From Malacoraja senta (lineage: Eukaryota): a stretch of 64,000 nucleotides of DNA. Each line of letters opens with the position of its first letter. The stretch's first letter is position 1. The stretch covers positions 1 to 64,000 of the forward strand of contig JAXLNO010000155.1 of NCBI GenBank assembly GCA_038087875.1, given 5' to 3'. The notes beneath the pieces are model-generated. The model ran no database searches. It was given only the letters and a program-made list of their open reading frames with translations, and was not told the origin of the DNA. Positions 24,690-35,669 of this stretch are shown here, piece by piece. The translations under genes and the position numbers were made by a program.

Positions 24690-24983
24690 ACCCACGAGTT
24701 ACTCACAAGAAACTCACGGGCTACTACAGTATTACAACGAGTTTAAAAGTTTCAAATATTTCCTTCAAGAGTAAATTTGACTCGTGGAAATCTTTCAACA
24801 TGTTGAAAATTTTTCACGAGTTAACACGTTTCCAGAGTGCCTGCCGTTAGCGTTACAAGTCGCTAAGTTACGTCCACGAGTTCCGACGTTCCCGCTACGT
24901 TAATTCTACATGATTACCACGAGTTTGATTTGTTTTTAACTCGGGATCACTCGTGGGTGGACTCGCACCGTGAGACAGGGGTT
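24690..24983 (-). mobile_element. Terminal arm of a non-autonomous DNA transposon
   Basis: Reverse-complement homologue of 62262-62560 along its length. Its terminus is inverted relative to 22239. Confidence 0.55.
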
Positions 24984-24989
24984 TCAGCG

Positions 24990-25170
24990 TATCCTGGCTC
25001 TCAGTATCTTTCATTATCCTGGCTGATTCTGAATGCTCCCAACTCCAGCTCCAGTTCTTCAATGCAGTCAGTCAGGAACTGCAGCTGGACTCACTTCCCA
25101 CAGGTGTAGTCACTGTGGTGTGTTACTGATCTCCCACATCCTGCAGGAAGGGCATATCATTGCCCTGATT
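24990..25170 (-). mobile_element. Old CR1 ORF1 N-terminal fragment
   Basis: Minus strand reads CRMWEI..DYTCGK*VQLQFLTDCIEELELE, the zinc-finger/leucine-zipper region of CR1 ORF1. Confidence 0.5.
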
Positions 25171-25696
25171 CCCATCCCCAATACCCTAAGTTAAAAGACC
25201 TCACAGTTTATTTCCCAAACCTCTGCTCAGCCTCCTCACCGAAACCTCACAAGCCAACGCCTCAGCACTTGCTCCTCAAACTCCACACCTGGAACTCACA
25301 CTCATCCATTCTCACTACGCTTGCTCCAAAATGGCCACTCTGCAGAAGCCTGGCCCCTGTTTGTTCTTAAACTACCAAGTCCTTACCTTAATGGTTGCTT
25401 TTTAAATCTCCTGTGCTCTTCCCCTTCTCGGCTAGGCTTGGGAAATAAATATACAAATGGAGGTTTGTCAAATGATGCACAGGCACTGATTTTAATTTGT
25501 AGCCACCTTCAGCATTGCCCCTGACAGTAAGGTGCAACGATCCTTCGATGCCTTGAAACCAATTGCCATTTTGTACTCGCGAGAGATATATATATTCAAA
25601 CCGACATTCTCTTCCAGAAAAGAGCTGTTTCGTTCTGATTGAAAATCTGCCTTGCAGAATAGCCCCCTCCTCAATAATAGCCTTTAGGATCTAGAT

Positions 25697-28600
25697 CAGG
25701 GGTGTCAAATTCATTTTAGGTCACGGGCCGGAATGGGCAAAAACGACTTCATGCGGGCTGGACCTGTTGTACACGCGCGAACGCATGCGTGCTCCCACAG
25801 CTTTCGTTGCCTTCGTTTTTTCAACCTGCTCTCATGTGTCTCAGTCTCTGCTATAACTTCAAAGTGTTTCACTTTATGACTTTCATTTCTTATGAAGAAG
25901 ATTGCCTAGCAAGCATAACTTTTATGATTGGTATTTTTATTATTTTTTTTAATTTTTTAATTGTTTGTTTTTTAAACAGGGACAGTGCATATTGATAAAC
26001 ATTTACATGTAAATATGCAAGATTATAACCAGTCGCTAATTTACATCTTTAGTCCCTTTGGCAGGTTGATGTTAAATAAACAAGTTAAACACATCACAAC
26101 ACAATCAATCAATAAGAAAACAAAATAACAATAAAATAAGAAAAAGAACAATAAAGAGTACAATAAACAATGCTGCTTATGACAGACCAGATAGCGGTGG
26201 GTAATTTTAAGGTAGATTATGAGTGCAGTATTGATTTTCCAGTAACCATGATTTTAGATGTTTGGTAAATGAGGTAAAGGTTGGCAGATCCCGTATGACG
26301 CTTGGTGTCGTGTTCCAGGTCTGCGACGCTCGATATGAAAACACTAACTGCCCAAAAACACATTTCCTAAATGGGACTAGACAATCACCTCTGGAGCCGG
26401 CTCTAGTCGACCTATTTGTGTTTTTCTTTATAAAGTCCTTTAACTGAGGTGGGGCTAGTCCATGGAAGGTTTTGTAAACCAAAATAGAATCTGCATATTT
26501 TATTACGTTTTCCCAGCTCAGCAGATCACATTTCTTCATGATGCTACAGTGATGGTACATTCAGGGCTTTTTGTCATGAATTTTTAGGGCTTGTTTATAA
26601 GCAATTTCAACAGGCTTTAGTGTGGACTTGCATGCCAGTGTCCAACTTGTTATACAGTAGGTCATATATGGCATAATCATTGCATTAAAATATAGTTTAG
26701 CTGAATCAATAGTTAAATTATTTATAATATATCTAAAATTGGACAAGTTAGATTTAATTATATTTACTGTTCTTTTCATTTGTTGTTTGAAGCAGAGCTG
26801 TGAATCGATCATGATTCCTAAATATTTAAACTCATGTACAATTTCAAGTTTTGTTCCATGTACAAACACATCAGGATCTACATCAGTACTTGCCTTTTTG
26901 GAGAAAAACATACAGACAGTCTTTGACACATTAAGATGTAGATCAGAACATTGCACCCAGTTTGGCACATTAATCATAGCAGCTGATAGATCTTGTGTAG
27001 CTTGATGTTTGTTTTTGGCATGTACATACACGACTGCATCATCAGCATACATCTGGCAAGTTACATTTGATGGACAGCTACTTGGTAGATCATTAATGTA
27101 TAGACTGAATAATAGCGGTCCCAAGATTGAAGGTACACCAAGAGTGTTTTCAGAAGTTGCAGATTTAATGTTGCGTACTCTAACACACTGTTTTCTCTGT
27201 ACCATATATGACTCAATCCATTTCATCGTGCTCAGAGAGAGGTTAAAATAAGACAATTTGGTCATCAAGATCTGATAGTTCACAGTATCGAAGGCTTTTC
27301 GTAAATCAAGAAAAACGACTTCACTTACTTATCAATTGTAGGCTACAAGAAAGTTGTGATGAGAGATAGAAAAAATGATGCCATTTTAGCTAAGATTGTT
27401 TTGGGAGCCCCACTCTTTCCATTAAACCATTTGAAATCCAACATTAGCAGACAAAATTGTAGACCTAACAAAACAAATTGTAAATATAGGCTATACAAGT
27501 GCAACTAATTTCTATTAGCCTGTTTCCAGCAATCAAACTCAGATAATGAACACAGCCTCAAATTTGTATTGAAGTGATCACATTTACAATAATAGAATAG
27601 TCAGAAAATGAATGAATCACAATATTCATTACAAAAGAGTGTCAAATTGCCTATGGTTGAGTCCCTTGGCTCGAATAAAATTAACCGTTTTGAGCACTAC
27701 ATCCATGACATTGTCCATTCTCAGGCTCCTGCTACATTACGCCTCTTGGTGTATAATACAATGACAATTCCAGAATTCCTGCTCTGGATTCGCTGTCTGA
27801 ACTTTCTCTCTGAGTTTCACAACAACACCTGCCTTTTGCCCGACATGGACGGTGCGCCACCTGTTGCCACACTGACAGGGTGACTGCAGTCAACTGTTGT
27901 GGTGTTTGTCATGGCCACCATCTCCACAAACTCCTCAGTGACGGTCAAAGATGCATCAACACCACAAATAAATATTATCACGTCGGTGTTCTCATCAATT
28001 ACAATAGTGAAGTCAATAAATTACTTCGCTTTGTCTTTTAGTTGATTAGTTCAAATCTCCTGCAAGGTCCCCGATTCTCTCTGCCACAGTATTTCTTGAT
28101 AAGCTGATATTACCAAAAGCCTGTCTCTTCTCAGGGCACACCAGCTGAGCCGCCGTCAGCATGCATGCTTTGATGAATTCCCCCTCTGAGTATGGCTTTG
28201 ATGCAGCAGCTATTTTGTTGGCAATAATATTGCTGGCCTTGACAGCTCCATCATGAGTCTCTTGACTTTTGGTGAAGTTTCAGAGCTGCTTTTACCTTTT
28301 GCGTTCTGTCGTCCTGCGTACTTGTCATATTTTCTCCGTGTGACGTCTGATAGTGTTTGATATTGTACTCTTTTGTCACAGCCACTTATTGCGATCATAT
28401 CAGACACACAGGTTGACCCCACAGAAGAAAAACATATCTTTCCAATTATCATTGAATATCCGACCTTCGATGTCAACTTTCCTTTTCTTGGAAAGTATTT
28501 TGAACCACAGCAGCAAACAGTCTCAGCCTTGCTACTGGTGTTACTTACCTGAGTACTACTTGTGTTTAAACTGTGTCTGACGACATAAGTGGGGCTCTAG

Positions 28601-28843
28601 TGGTGTTCAGTGCAGAGTGGGAGGTGCTTCTGCACAGCGGATGGTTAACTGCCGCCTATTGTTTTCTAAGCACACCTAACAAGCTGCTGGCATAGCAGGC
28701 GGCACAGACAGCGGTGGGAGAGAGAGCGTCGAGACAGAGAGCGGCGAGAGAGAGAGAACGGCTACTGTACACATACATAATAAATGGTCGTGAATATACT
28801 TTTTTTCCCCAAAATCATCGCGGGCAGGTAGTTTGACACCCTG
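25697..28843 (-). mobile_element. hAT DNA transposon (Charlie/SPIN-like), decayed
   Basis: TIRs caggggtgtcaaa / tttgacaccctg and 8-bp TSD atctagat (25689-25696) / atctggat (28844-28851). Minus-strand transposase remnants KRKVDIEGRIFN, KPYSEGEFIK, TEEFVEMV, GAPSM and HCYIHQE lie at ~27700-28500. Confidence 0.88.
25935..27318 (-). mobile_element. 5'-truncated L2/Crack-group LINE inserted in the hAT element
   Basis: DLRKAFDTV..LGVP-SILGPLLFSLYINDLP..MYADD..KYLG..YCITSW (ORFs 26561-27283 and 26207-26560), with an A-rich tail at ~25935-25975. Confidence 0.8.
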
Positions 28844-29100
28844 ATCTGGATGAACCACTCGGCAGACATGGCGTCGGCAGATGCAGTCTCCCCATTCATC
28901 TTTATGTAGTGATAACCGTATCTTCGCCTGAAGTTAGCGAACCAAGCAGAACTTTAATTGAATGGCTTTACTGGGCCTTCTGCATCGTTTTGTTATTGTT
29001 CATAGTTATGCATGTTTTTGCCCGGGCTAGGAACATGTTGCACTTATTTTGATCTTCGAACCACGTCCATGTGTTCCATTGTAAAATTCAGAGCATTAGA

Positions 29101-29428
29101 GGGCAGTATGGTGGCGCAGCGGTAAATTTCCTGCCTTACAGCGCTTGCAGCGCCCGTGATCCGGTTTCCATCCTGACTAAGGGTGCTGTCTGTTTGGAGG
29201 TTGTACGTTCTCCCCGTGACCGCGTTGGTTTTCTCCAAGATCTTCGGTTTCCTCCCACACTCCATAGACGTACAGGTTTGTAGGTTAATTGTCTAGAATA
29301 AGTATAAATTGTAAATAGTCCCTCGTGTGTGTGTGCACGATGGTGCTAATCTGTGAGGATCACTGGTCGGTGTGGACTCGGTGGGTTGAAAGGCCTGTTT
29401 CCGTGATGTATCTCGAAACTAAACTAAA
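29101..29428 (+). mobile_element. tRNA-derived SINE (HE1/V-SINE-like)
   Basis: A-box-like tggcgcagcgg, degenerate B box ggtttccatcc, central ..gtacgttctccccgtgaccgcgttggttttctcc..ggtttcctcccacactcc, and a CR1-like tail ending in aaact repeats. Confidence 0.8.
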
Positions 29429-30474
29429 AGTTGTTTTCATTGCACTTGCAGATTGTCCTGATTGAGCACTTTTCTCAATCTTCTCAACGTTGTGTTGAAT
29501 GCTATGAACAGTGCTCTCACTTAAATCAAGCATGTAGCCAACATTTTATACACACTTTCCTCTCTGAAGGTGGTTGATCACATCTTTCATTGGCCGCTCT
29601 CAGTCTTGAAAGACCATGTTTCTGCTCCACGGTGAGGTCTCCAGGGTCGTTGCATGCGTTGGCAATGCCTGCTGTGGCTGACCAGCCCAATTCTCGAGAG
29701 ATGGTCTTTGCCGCAATTGGATCGAGTCGGGCTTATCACTCGTAACTGCTCCTTCCCGTGCTCAAGTTCCTCTCCAGGGCGCAGGCCTGGGGAAAAGATA
29801 TGGAAACCCTGGGTTTTCCAAACGTCAGCCCCCACGACCTAACTGGTGGGATCCAAAGGAGTGCCAGGCACGTCGTATGGCAGCAGGTTGGTTGCAGGAA
29901 CTGCCGGAAGAATGCCAAAAATGAGATATCAATCCTCCTATTGGGGCTCCACTCCAGAATTTCTGTCTGGGTTTATTCCCTTTGCCTTGGCTTCACCAAA
30001 AGCTCCCACAAGGCAGTGGGAAGATTTACCCATAGCTGGGGATCTGGTTCACGGGCACCCAGATGTGTCCACCACCCGGCGGGCCTGCGTGCCGCGTGTC
30101 TTGTGCCCAGACCTCCTCTGAGTCCTCTGTAGTTCAGCCCGAGTCGGCACGGTGCTCGGTTTCCATGTGCCGCCACGAGGAGACACCACAGGAGGCGGCT
30201 GTTGGAGAGGCTTTGTACTGGCGCACTCGGCTCTCCTCACATTGCTGCGAGCTAGTGGTGGCGAGTCACATTCTTCACCAGTGGTGGTGGAGAAGGTACT
30301 GCACTGGCAAACACTAACACAAGCACTCACAATCACTAGCACTGTGCTACCACACTGCAGCGCTAGCATGTAACTATGCTAGACGCATCACAACATCCAT
30401 TTGGACGCCTGGTTAGCTTCTCGGGAGGGAGAGAGAGACGGGGGGGGGGGGAGGGGAGGGGAGTGCGAGTAGGG

Positions 30475-30560
30475 ATCATATCTAATCTCATCTCAACTGT
30501 GATTGCCTTTTGAGCCTTTTTAGCATTAGTCTCCCCTGATGGACGTTTTCTAGACATGGT
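30475..30560 (-). mobile_element. Tigger/pogo transposase N-terminal fragment
   Basis: MSRKRPSGETNAKKAQKAITVEMRLDMI resembles the CENP-B/psq-type N-terminus of Tigger transposases. Confidence 0.5.
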
Positions 30561-30829
30561 GGGAAGAGAAAATTTGAGCGCGTTATTTCAAACGTATGAG
30601 TGCGTAAATTAGGCTTTGATATTGATTAAACAAGTGTGTCATTCCAAATACGGATAAATCAGCCACATCGCGCCAAACACGGAGTGGCTGTGTAGCATCC
30701 AATGCTGTGTTAAAAGCTTTGTTCCTTTCCAATTTTATTACCCAAGCCAGAATGGTGAGCTAGGCCCACCACACAATCACCACTTCCGTTAATGGCCAGT
30801 TTCACATGGAAAGTCACAATTGTACACTC

Positions 30830-31590
30830 TTGCTCATGTTGGGATCAAGGGGGCCGTGCGGCAGAAGCCATGCCGAGGGTCCGCGGGACCTGCAGAACCG
30901 GGGACCTGCCCAGAGGATTTGACAGGCCACGAGCTGCTGAGAGAAGCCAAGGCCTGGCCCCGAGCCACCAGAGCAACCGACAGGGGACCGGCCTGCAGTG
31001 GGCCCCGAGGCTCGTCTCCCACTCGACCCCCGAAAACAAGGGACTGGAATGAGGAGAGAGTCGGACCGGTGGATGCTGGACAAGAGGTCGGTCGGCAGAG
31101 GACATCAGGGGGGAAGGGAGGTCTAACATCTCGCGTCTTCAAGGTCGGCTGCGGGAAGCGAAGCCCCATGGCAGAAAAACTGGTGGACTAGAGAGGAGAT
31201 GGATGGTTTGCTGACAAACCGTATGAGGGGGAGAGATGGTGGGCCATAGAGGGGCAGTGAGGCCGCCAAGAACAGAGAGGGGATGGGGGGGTGAGAGGGA
31301 AGGTGCCGATACTAAAGAGGGTCTCCGTGCTGGGGGGAGACTCCATGAACAAGGAGCGACCAGGCGAAGGGGTCCGCCGAGAACAATGAGGGACCCGGCA
31401 AGCGGTAGGCCGCTGAGGACAAGGCGAGACCTGGGGACGGGGAGGCCAAGAATAAAGAGTGTCCAATGGGACCCTAATGATTATTTTTGTGACTTTTCTG
31501 ACACCAGACACGTGGCGACTCTTTGCATAATTTGTGCAATGTAAGCAAAAACAAAGAATTTCACTGTACATGGGTACGTGCGATAATACA
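30830..31590 (+). mobile_element. Unclassified GC-rich non-autonomous retroelement with LINE-like 3' tail
   Basis: A GC-rich body ending aaagaatttcactgtacatgggtacgtgcgataat, which resembles the Rex/Babar tail at 53065-53110 (reverse complement). Confidence 0.35.
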
Positions 31591-31599
31591 GTATAATTA

Positions 31600-32560
31600 A
31601 ATTGAATGTTGAGCTGCAGACTGAAGATAGTTTTGTTTAATCTCCGGATCATTAGCAGAGATTTCAAATCCCAGCTCAAGTTTTGGCCATTCTCTGTTTG
31701 GCTTACAGAGAAACTCTGGTCCATTGATCCATCTCTTATTGCTTAAGAAGCGGCCTGCTGTCAGTCCTCTGGAAGCTTTATCCGCAGGATTTTCTTTTGT
31801 GTGAACATATTTCCAATGTGAAACATTAGTAGCTCCCAAAATCAAAGAGATTATGTTTGCTACAAATGTCAAGACACATTTGTTCTCATTTGTTCTCATT
31901 GTTGAAGTATTTAAGCACCGTAGTACTATCGGTCCAGAAGATAGATTATTCCAGTTGAAGCTGTAGTTCCTTTTGCAGCAATATGTCAACTTTTAACAGT
32001 GACGACTGCGGCAGTAAGTTCCATTCAAGGAATTGTAATTTGTTTCAATGGTGCCACTCTGGCCTTTCCCGTTAAGAATGCAACATGTACTTCTTTGTTA
32101 GCATTTTCCAGTCTTAGATATGAAACAGTACCGTAGCCACTTCCACGGGCATCTGAGAAATGATGCAGCTTTTTTTCTCTGATCTTACCAAAGCTTGTAG
32201 GAATCATGCACCGGTCCACTTTGAATTCTGAGATCTTGTGGAGATCTGCTAATCATTCTGTCCATTGATGAGAGGAAGTTTGTGTTATACTCTCATCCCG
32301 TCCAAGTTTTTCCTGACAAAGATCCTGCAAAATCAACTTGGCTGGCAGTGTAAATGGTGCAAGAAATCCCAAAGGGTCGTAAACGGAACCAAACACAGAT
32401 AGGATAGCCCTTCTAGTACATGGTCGCTCTTGAATCGAGATTCTGATCTTGAACACATCTGTTTCAACGCACCAGTGCAGTCCCAGTGCTCTTTCCATTG
32501 GCAAATTGTCTTTGTCCAAATCCAATTCTCTGGTCTCCATCTGGTGGAATGTTTTCCAAT
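31600..32560 (-). mobile_element. BEL/Pao LTR-retrotransposon pol fragment
   Basis: ERALGLHW..TRRAILS..YDPLGFLAPF..LHHFSDA..YGTVSYLR..KARVAPLKQITIP..NPADKASRG. Confidence 0.88.
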
Positions 32561-32626
32561 ATAATACCATAGTCACGAATATGCAGTAACAGCAGGACAA
32601 TGTGTATTTCTCATGACTACAACTTC

Positions 32627-32841
32627 AAGAGAGAGAGAAAGAGGAAAAAGAGAGAAACAAATATTTTGATGAGCATTACGTAAATGGGACATACCAACTC
32701 TTCAACTATCATCCCCCCTTACCTGACCTCAATTTTTTTTAAAGTACTTTTGCACCCTATGTTTGTAATAATTCTATAAATGCAGACCACGTCAGGTGGA
32801 AGTGATCTGGTTTACCTGCTAGGAGGAGTCTTATCTCTTCT
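32627..32841 (-). mobile_element. Short L1-type 3' fragment interrupting the ERV 3' LTR
   Basis: Minus strand reads EEIRLLLAGKPDHFHLTWSAFIELL, resembling an L1 ORF2 C-terminus. It sits between two pieces of LTR sequence. Confidence 0.5.
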
Positions 32842-33711
32842 ACAGAACAATCTTACAGCGTTTATTCAAGATTTACATTCACATTCTCCCCTTTTGCCAT
32901 TCTTATGGCAACACTCATAGTCCATTAAAAAGTCCCATTCGCCGAATCTCGTAACCTTCTAGTTCCCTGGCCACGGCCTTTTGGACCGTCCGGCCCTTTT
33001 CCTTCAATTCTGCTTCCTTACTCACTTCATCATCTTCGCTGTCATTGGGGAATGGTAACAGTCTCTCCTGCTCATGCTGTAATATCATCATTCGTACAGA
33101 ATTTTTAGCTTCCTCGGGGGTGGTCCCCAAACCCGATAAAGCCGCCATTAATCGGGCTATGATACATTTCACAATGGCAATCCCCACAAATAAGCAAGTA
33201 ACTACTATAGCAGCATAGATGGCCATGCTGATAATCCAGTTATATAATCCCCAATTCCCCCATCCCTGGTTTTCATTCATTCCATCCAAAAAGGTGGTAA
33301 TCTCTTTCTGATGTTGGGTGATGTTGCTAGTCCTGTCATGAACCCCCATCATACATTTCCCTTTTATGACGGTACAGGTTCCCCCTTCTTTAGCCAATAA
33401 GTAATCGAGCGCATATCTATTTTGTAGGGAAAACATCCTCATTTCGGAAATCTGGGTTTTCACTGCCTCCAAGGCTCCGGTTGTTGCATTGCCCAGAATT
33501 GTCAGGCCGTAAACAAGGTAATTTCGGTGTTTGGCTGCTTCACCTCCACCCACTCCTCCCATGGTTAGCATGCTTAATAATCCCCATCTGATGGAATGTC
33601 CATGGGTAGTTCCCCTGATCCCTGGATTTCTCCATTGCGCGCAAAACTCGGCCGACACCGCCCTTCGATGAACCCGACCCATGGGTTTAGTCCATTGCTC
33701 GGGACAGAGGT

Positions 33712-34103
33712 TAATTTTATTTATTATTTTATTTATTATTTATTTATATTTTTTGGTTACTTCATACATATTATTTGTATGTGTATATCAGTTGTATGTA
33801 TATATATGTCTGTATGTATCTCTAAAAATTGTATGGGGTATTATTATTATTAATTAATTAATTATTAAATATGGAAGAAGGGTTTGGGGAGAAGAGGTGA
33901 GATTAAACAAGTTATTCTTCTCACTCCTTTTCGAGCTTGTAAAGAAAAAGTGTTGGACATTTAAATTTTGCATTATGCTTTTCATTGCTTTGCAAATATT
34001 GCCTGGAATGTCCAATTGTTTGAATATTTCGATTTTGTTGTTGTTATTTATTCCTATTTATGTCTTTACTTGTTCGGAACAAATAAATATAATAAAATAA
34101 AAT
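33712..34103 (+). mobile_element. 5'-truncated LINE 3'UTR with A-rich tail inserted in env
   Basis: AT-rich segment ending aataaatataataaaataaaat, flanked by approximate duplication cagaggt / caaaggt. The env frame is continuous when it is removed. Confidence 0.6.
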
Positions 34104-34368
34104 CAAAGGTACCGTGGTTGGCACCAATGCTCCAACTGCCACGTTCTTGGGGAAAGGGGGTTTTAGGACATTGGTTCCTTTCCCATTAAAGAAGAAGTAA
34201 TAAGAAGGGGGGCGCTAGTGAGCAGCGCATGGAGTAGACGTGCTTCCAGAGGCTCCTCCGTGCCAGTCTTTATATTTGGTCTTTTTATAGTCTCACATTT
34301 TTTTCTCACCTGCCTCGGGAACTTTCCTGACACAGTAGAGGTCCGGCTAACTGATTTTTCGGGACGTC

Positions 34369-35226
34369 ATGCCTCAAAAGAAGTCTAAAGACACTGAGTC
34401 GCTCCGACTAGCTTCAGCTAATGTTAATGCTAGCAATGCTGGCGGCAGCTCCCCCAGTCGAGCTCCGGGTCAAGTTACAGGTGGTGACGACGTCGATGAC
34501 ATGCCGCTGACCTGGGAGAAGGTCTCCGATAAGATACTCAAAACACATTAATGTCAGGTTTGATAAGTTGGAGCAGACTCTTCAGGCAGTACAAAGCTCC
34601 CAAAAGGAACTGTTGGAGAAGGTAGAGTTTATCGAGGAGCAGGTGGAGGAGCAGGAAAGCCGTATTAGCTTCCTGGAAAAGTCATTCTCCGGCCTGAAGG
34701 ATGAGAACAGCGCACTCAAACTCAAGGTGGAGGACCTCGAGGGTCGGTCACGCCGCAATAATATTAAAATTATCGGCATACCTGAGCTAGAGGAAGGGGG
34801 TAAACCGACGGAATTCATCGAGGCTCTGATACCGAAACTTCTTGGAGACGACAACTTCCAGTCCAAGGTGATTATCGACCGGGCACACCGGATCCTGCGA
34901 CCGCCACCCCCGGAGGGAGCCAGGCCCGCGCCATTATCGCACGGGTCCATTTTTATCGGGAGAAGGAGCTTATACTGCGACTCCGGAGGGCGCGAGAGCT
35001 GGTGTATAAAGGCAATAAGGTGCTTATCTTCCCGGACTACACACCAGATGTGATGCGGCAACGACGGGAATTCAGCGATGTGTTGGGCGAGCTGCGGGAG
35101 CTCAAGGTGGAGCATAGTCTCCTCTTTCCAGCAAAGCACATCAAACACAAGGGCCGCGTCAAGGTTTTCACTACACCGGGTGAGGCAACGTCATTTCTGA
35201 ACACTGAGTTAAAAGACATATCTTAA
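34369..35226 (+). pseudogene. L1 ORF1p remnant
   Basis: Coiled coil, LEGRSRRNNIKIIGIPE, IDRAHR, IFPDY..R..F and SLLFPA. Two frameshifts. Confidence 0.9.
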
Positions 35227-35669
35227 AAACTTTGACGTCACTCTGAGTGTTCAGAGGGTTGATTATGTTTCAATGTGACTCTTTGCAGTTCAGAAAATTC
35301 AATTGGTTTGTATGAGACTCAATTTATGTTATTTTATTTAATTCAGTCGTGGCTGGCGGTGGAGCTTCCTGTAGCTTTATTCAGCTAGCTACGTTTTTTG
35401 TTTTTGGAGGTACTCACCTCGCGTGCGTTTAGCGGTCCCAGGCTTAGAGGGACACCCGTGCTTCGTTTCGGGAGGCACTCTGTGGGTGGGTAGGGAATAT
35501 GTTTAGGGGGTTGTGTGAGTGTGGTGTTTTGCACCGCAATGTGTGGTGTTTATGTGTTTTTTATTGTCTTTTGTGTTTTTTTGAAGGAATGTCAGATGGT
35601 CTTTGTCTCAGGGATAATGTCAGTACCTGACAGTACTGCACATACAGTAGCAGCATTAATAACAACTTA

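Noticed and set aside
29101..29180. tRNA gene
   Set aside because: The A/B-box-like head is degenerate and continues into a SINE body and tail; no complete cloverleaf is evident.
32915..33682. Domesticated syncytin-like env gene
   Set aside because: The env is split by two LINE insertions and frameshifted, and the second copy is truncated and frameshifted; there is no sign of preservation.
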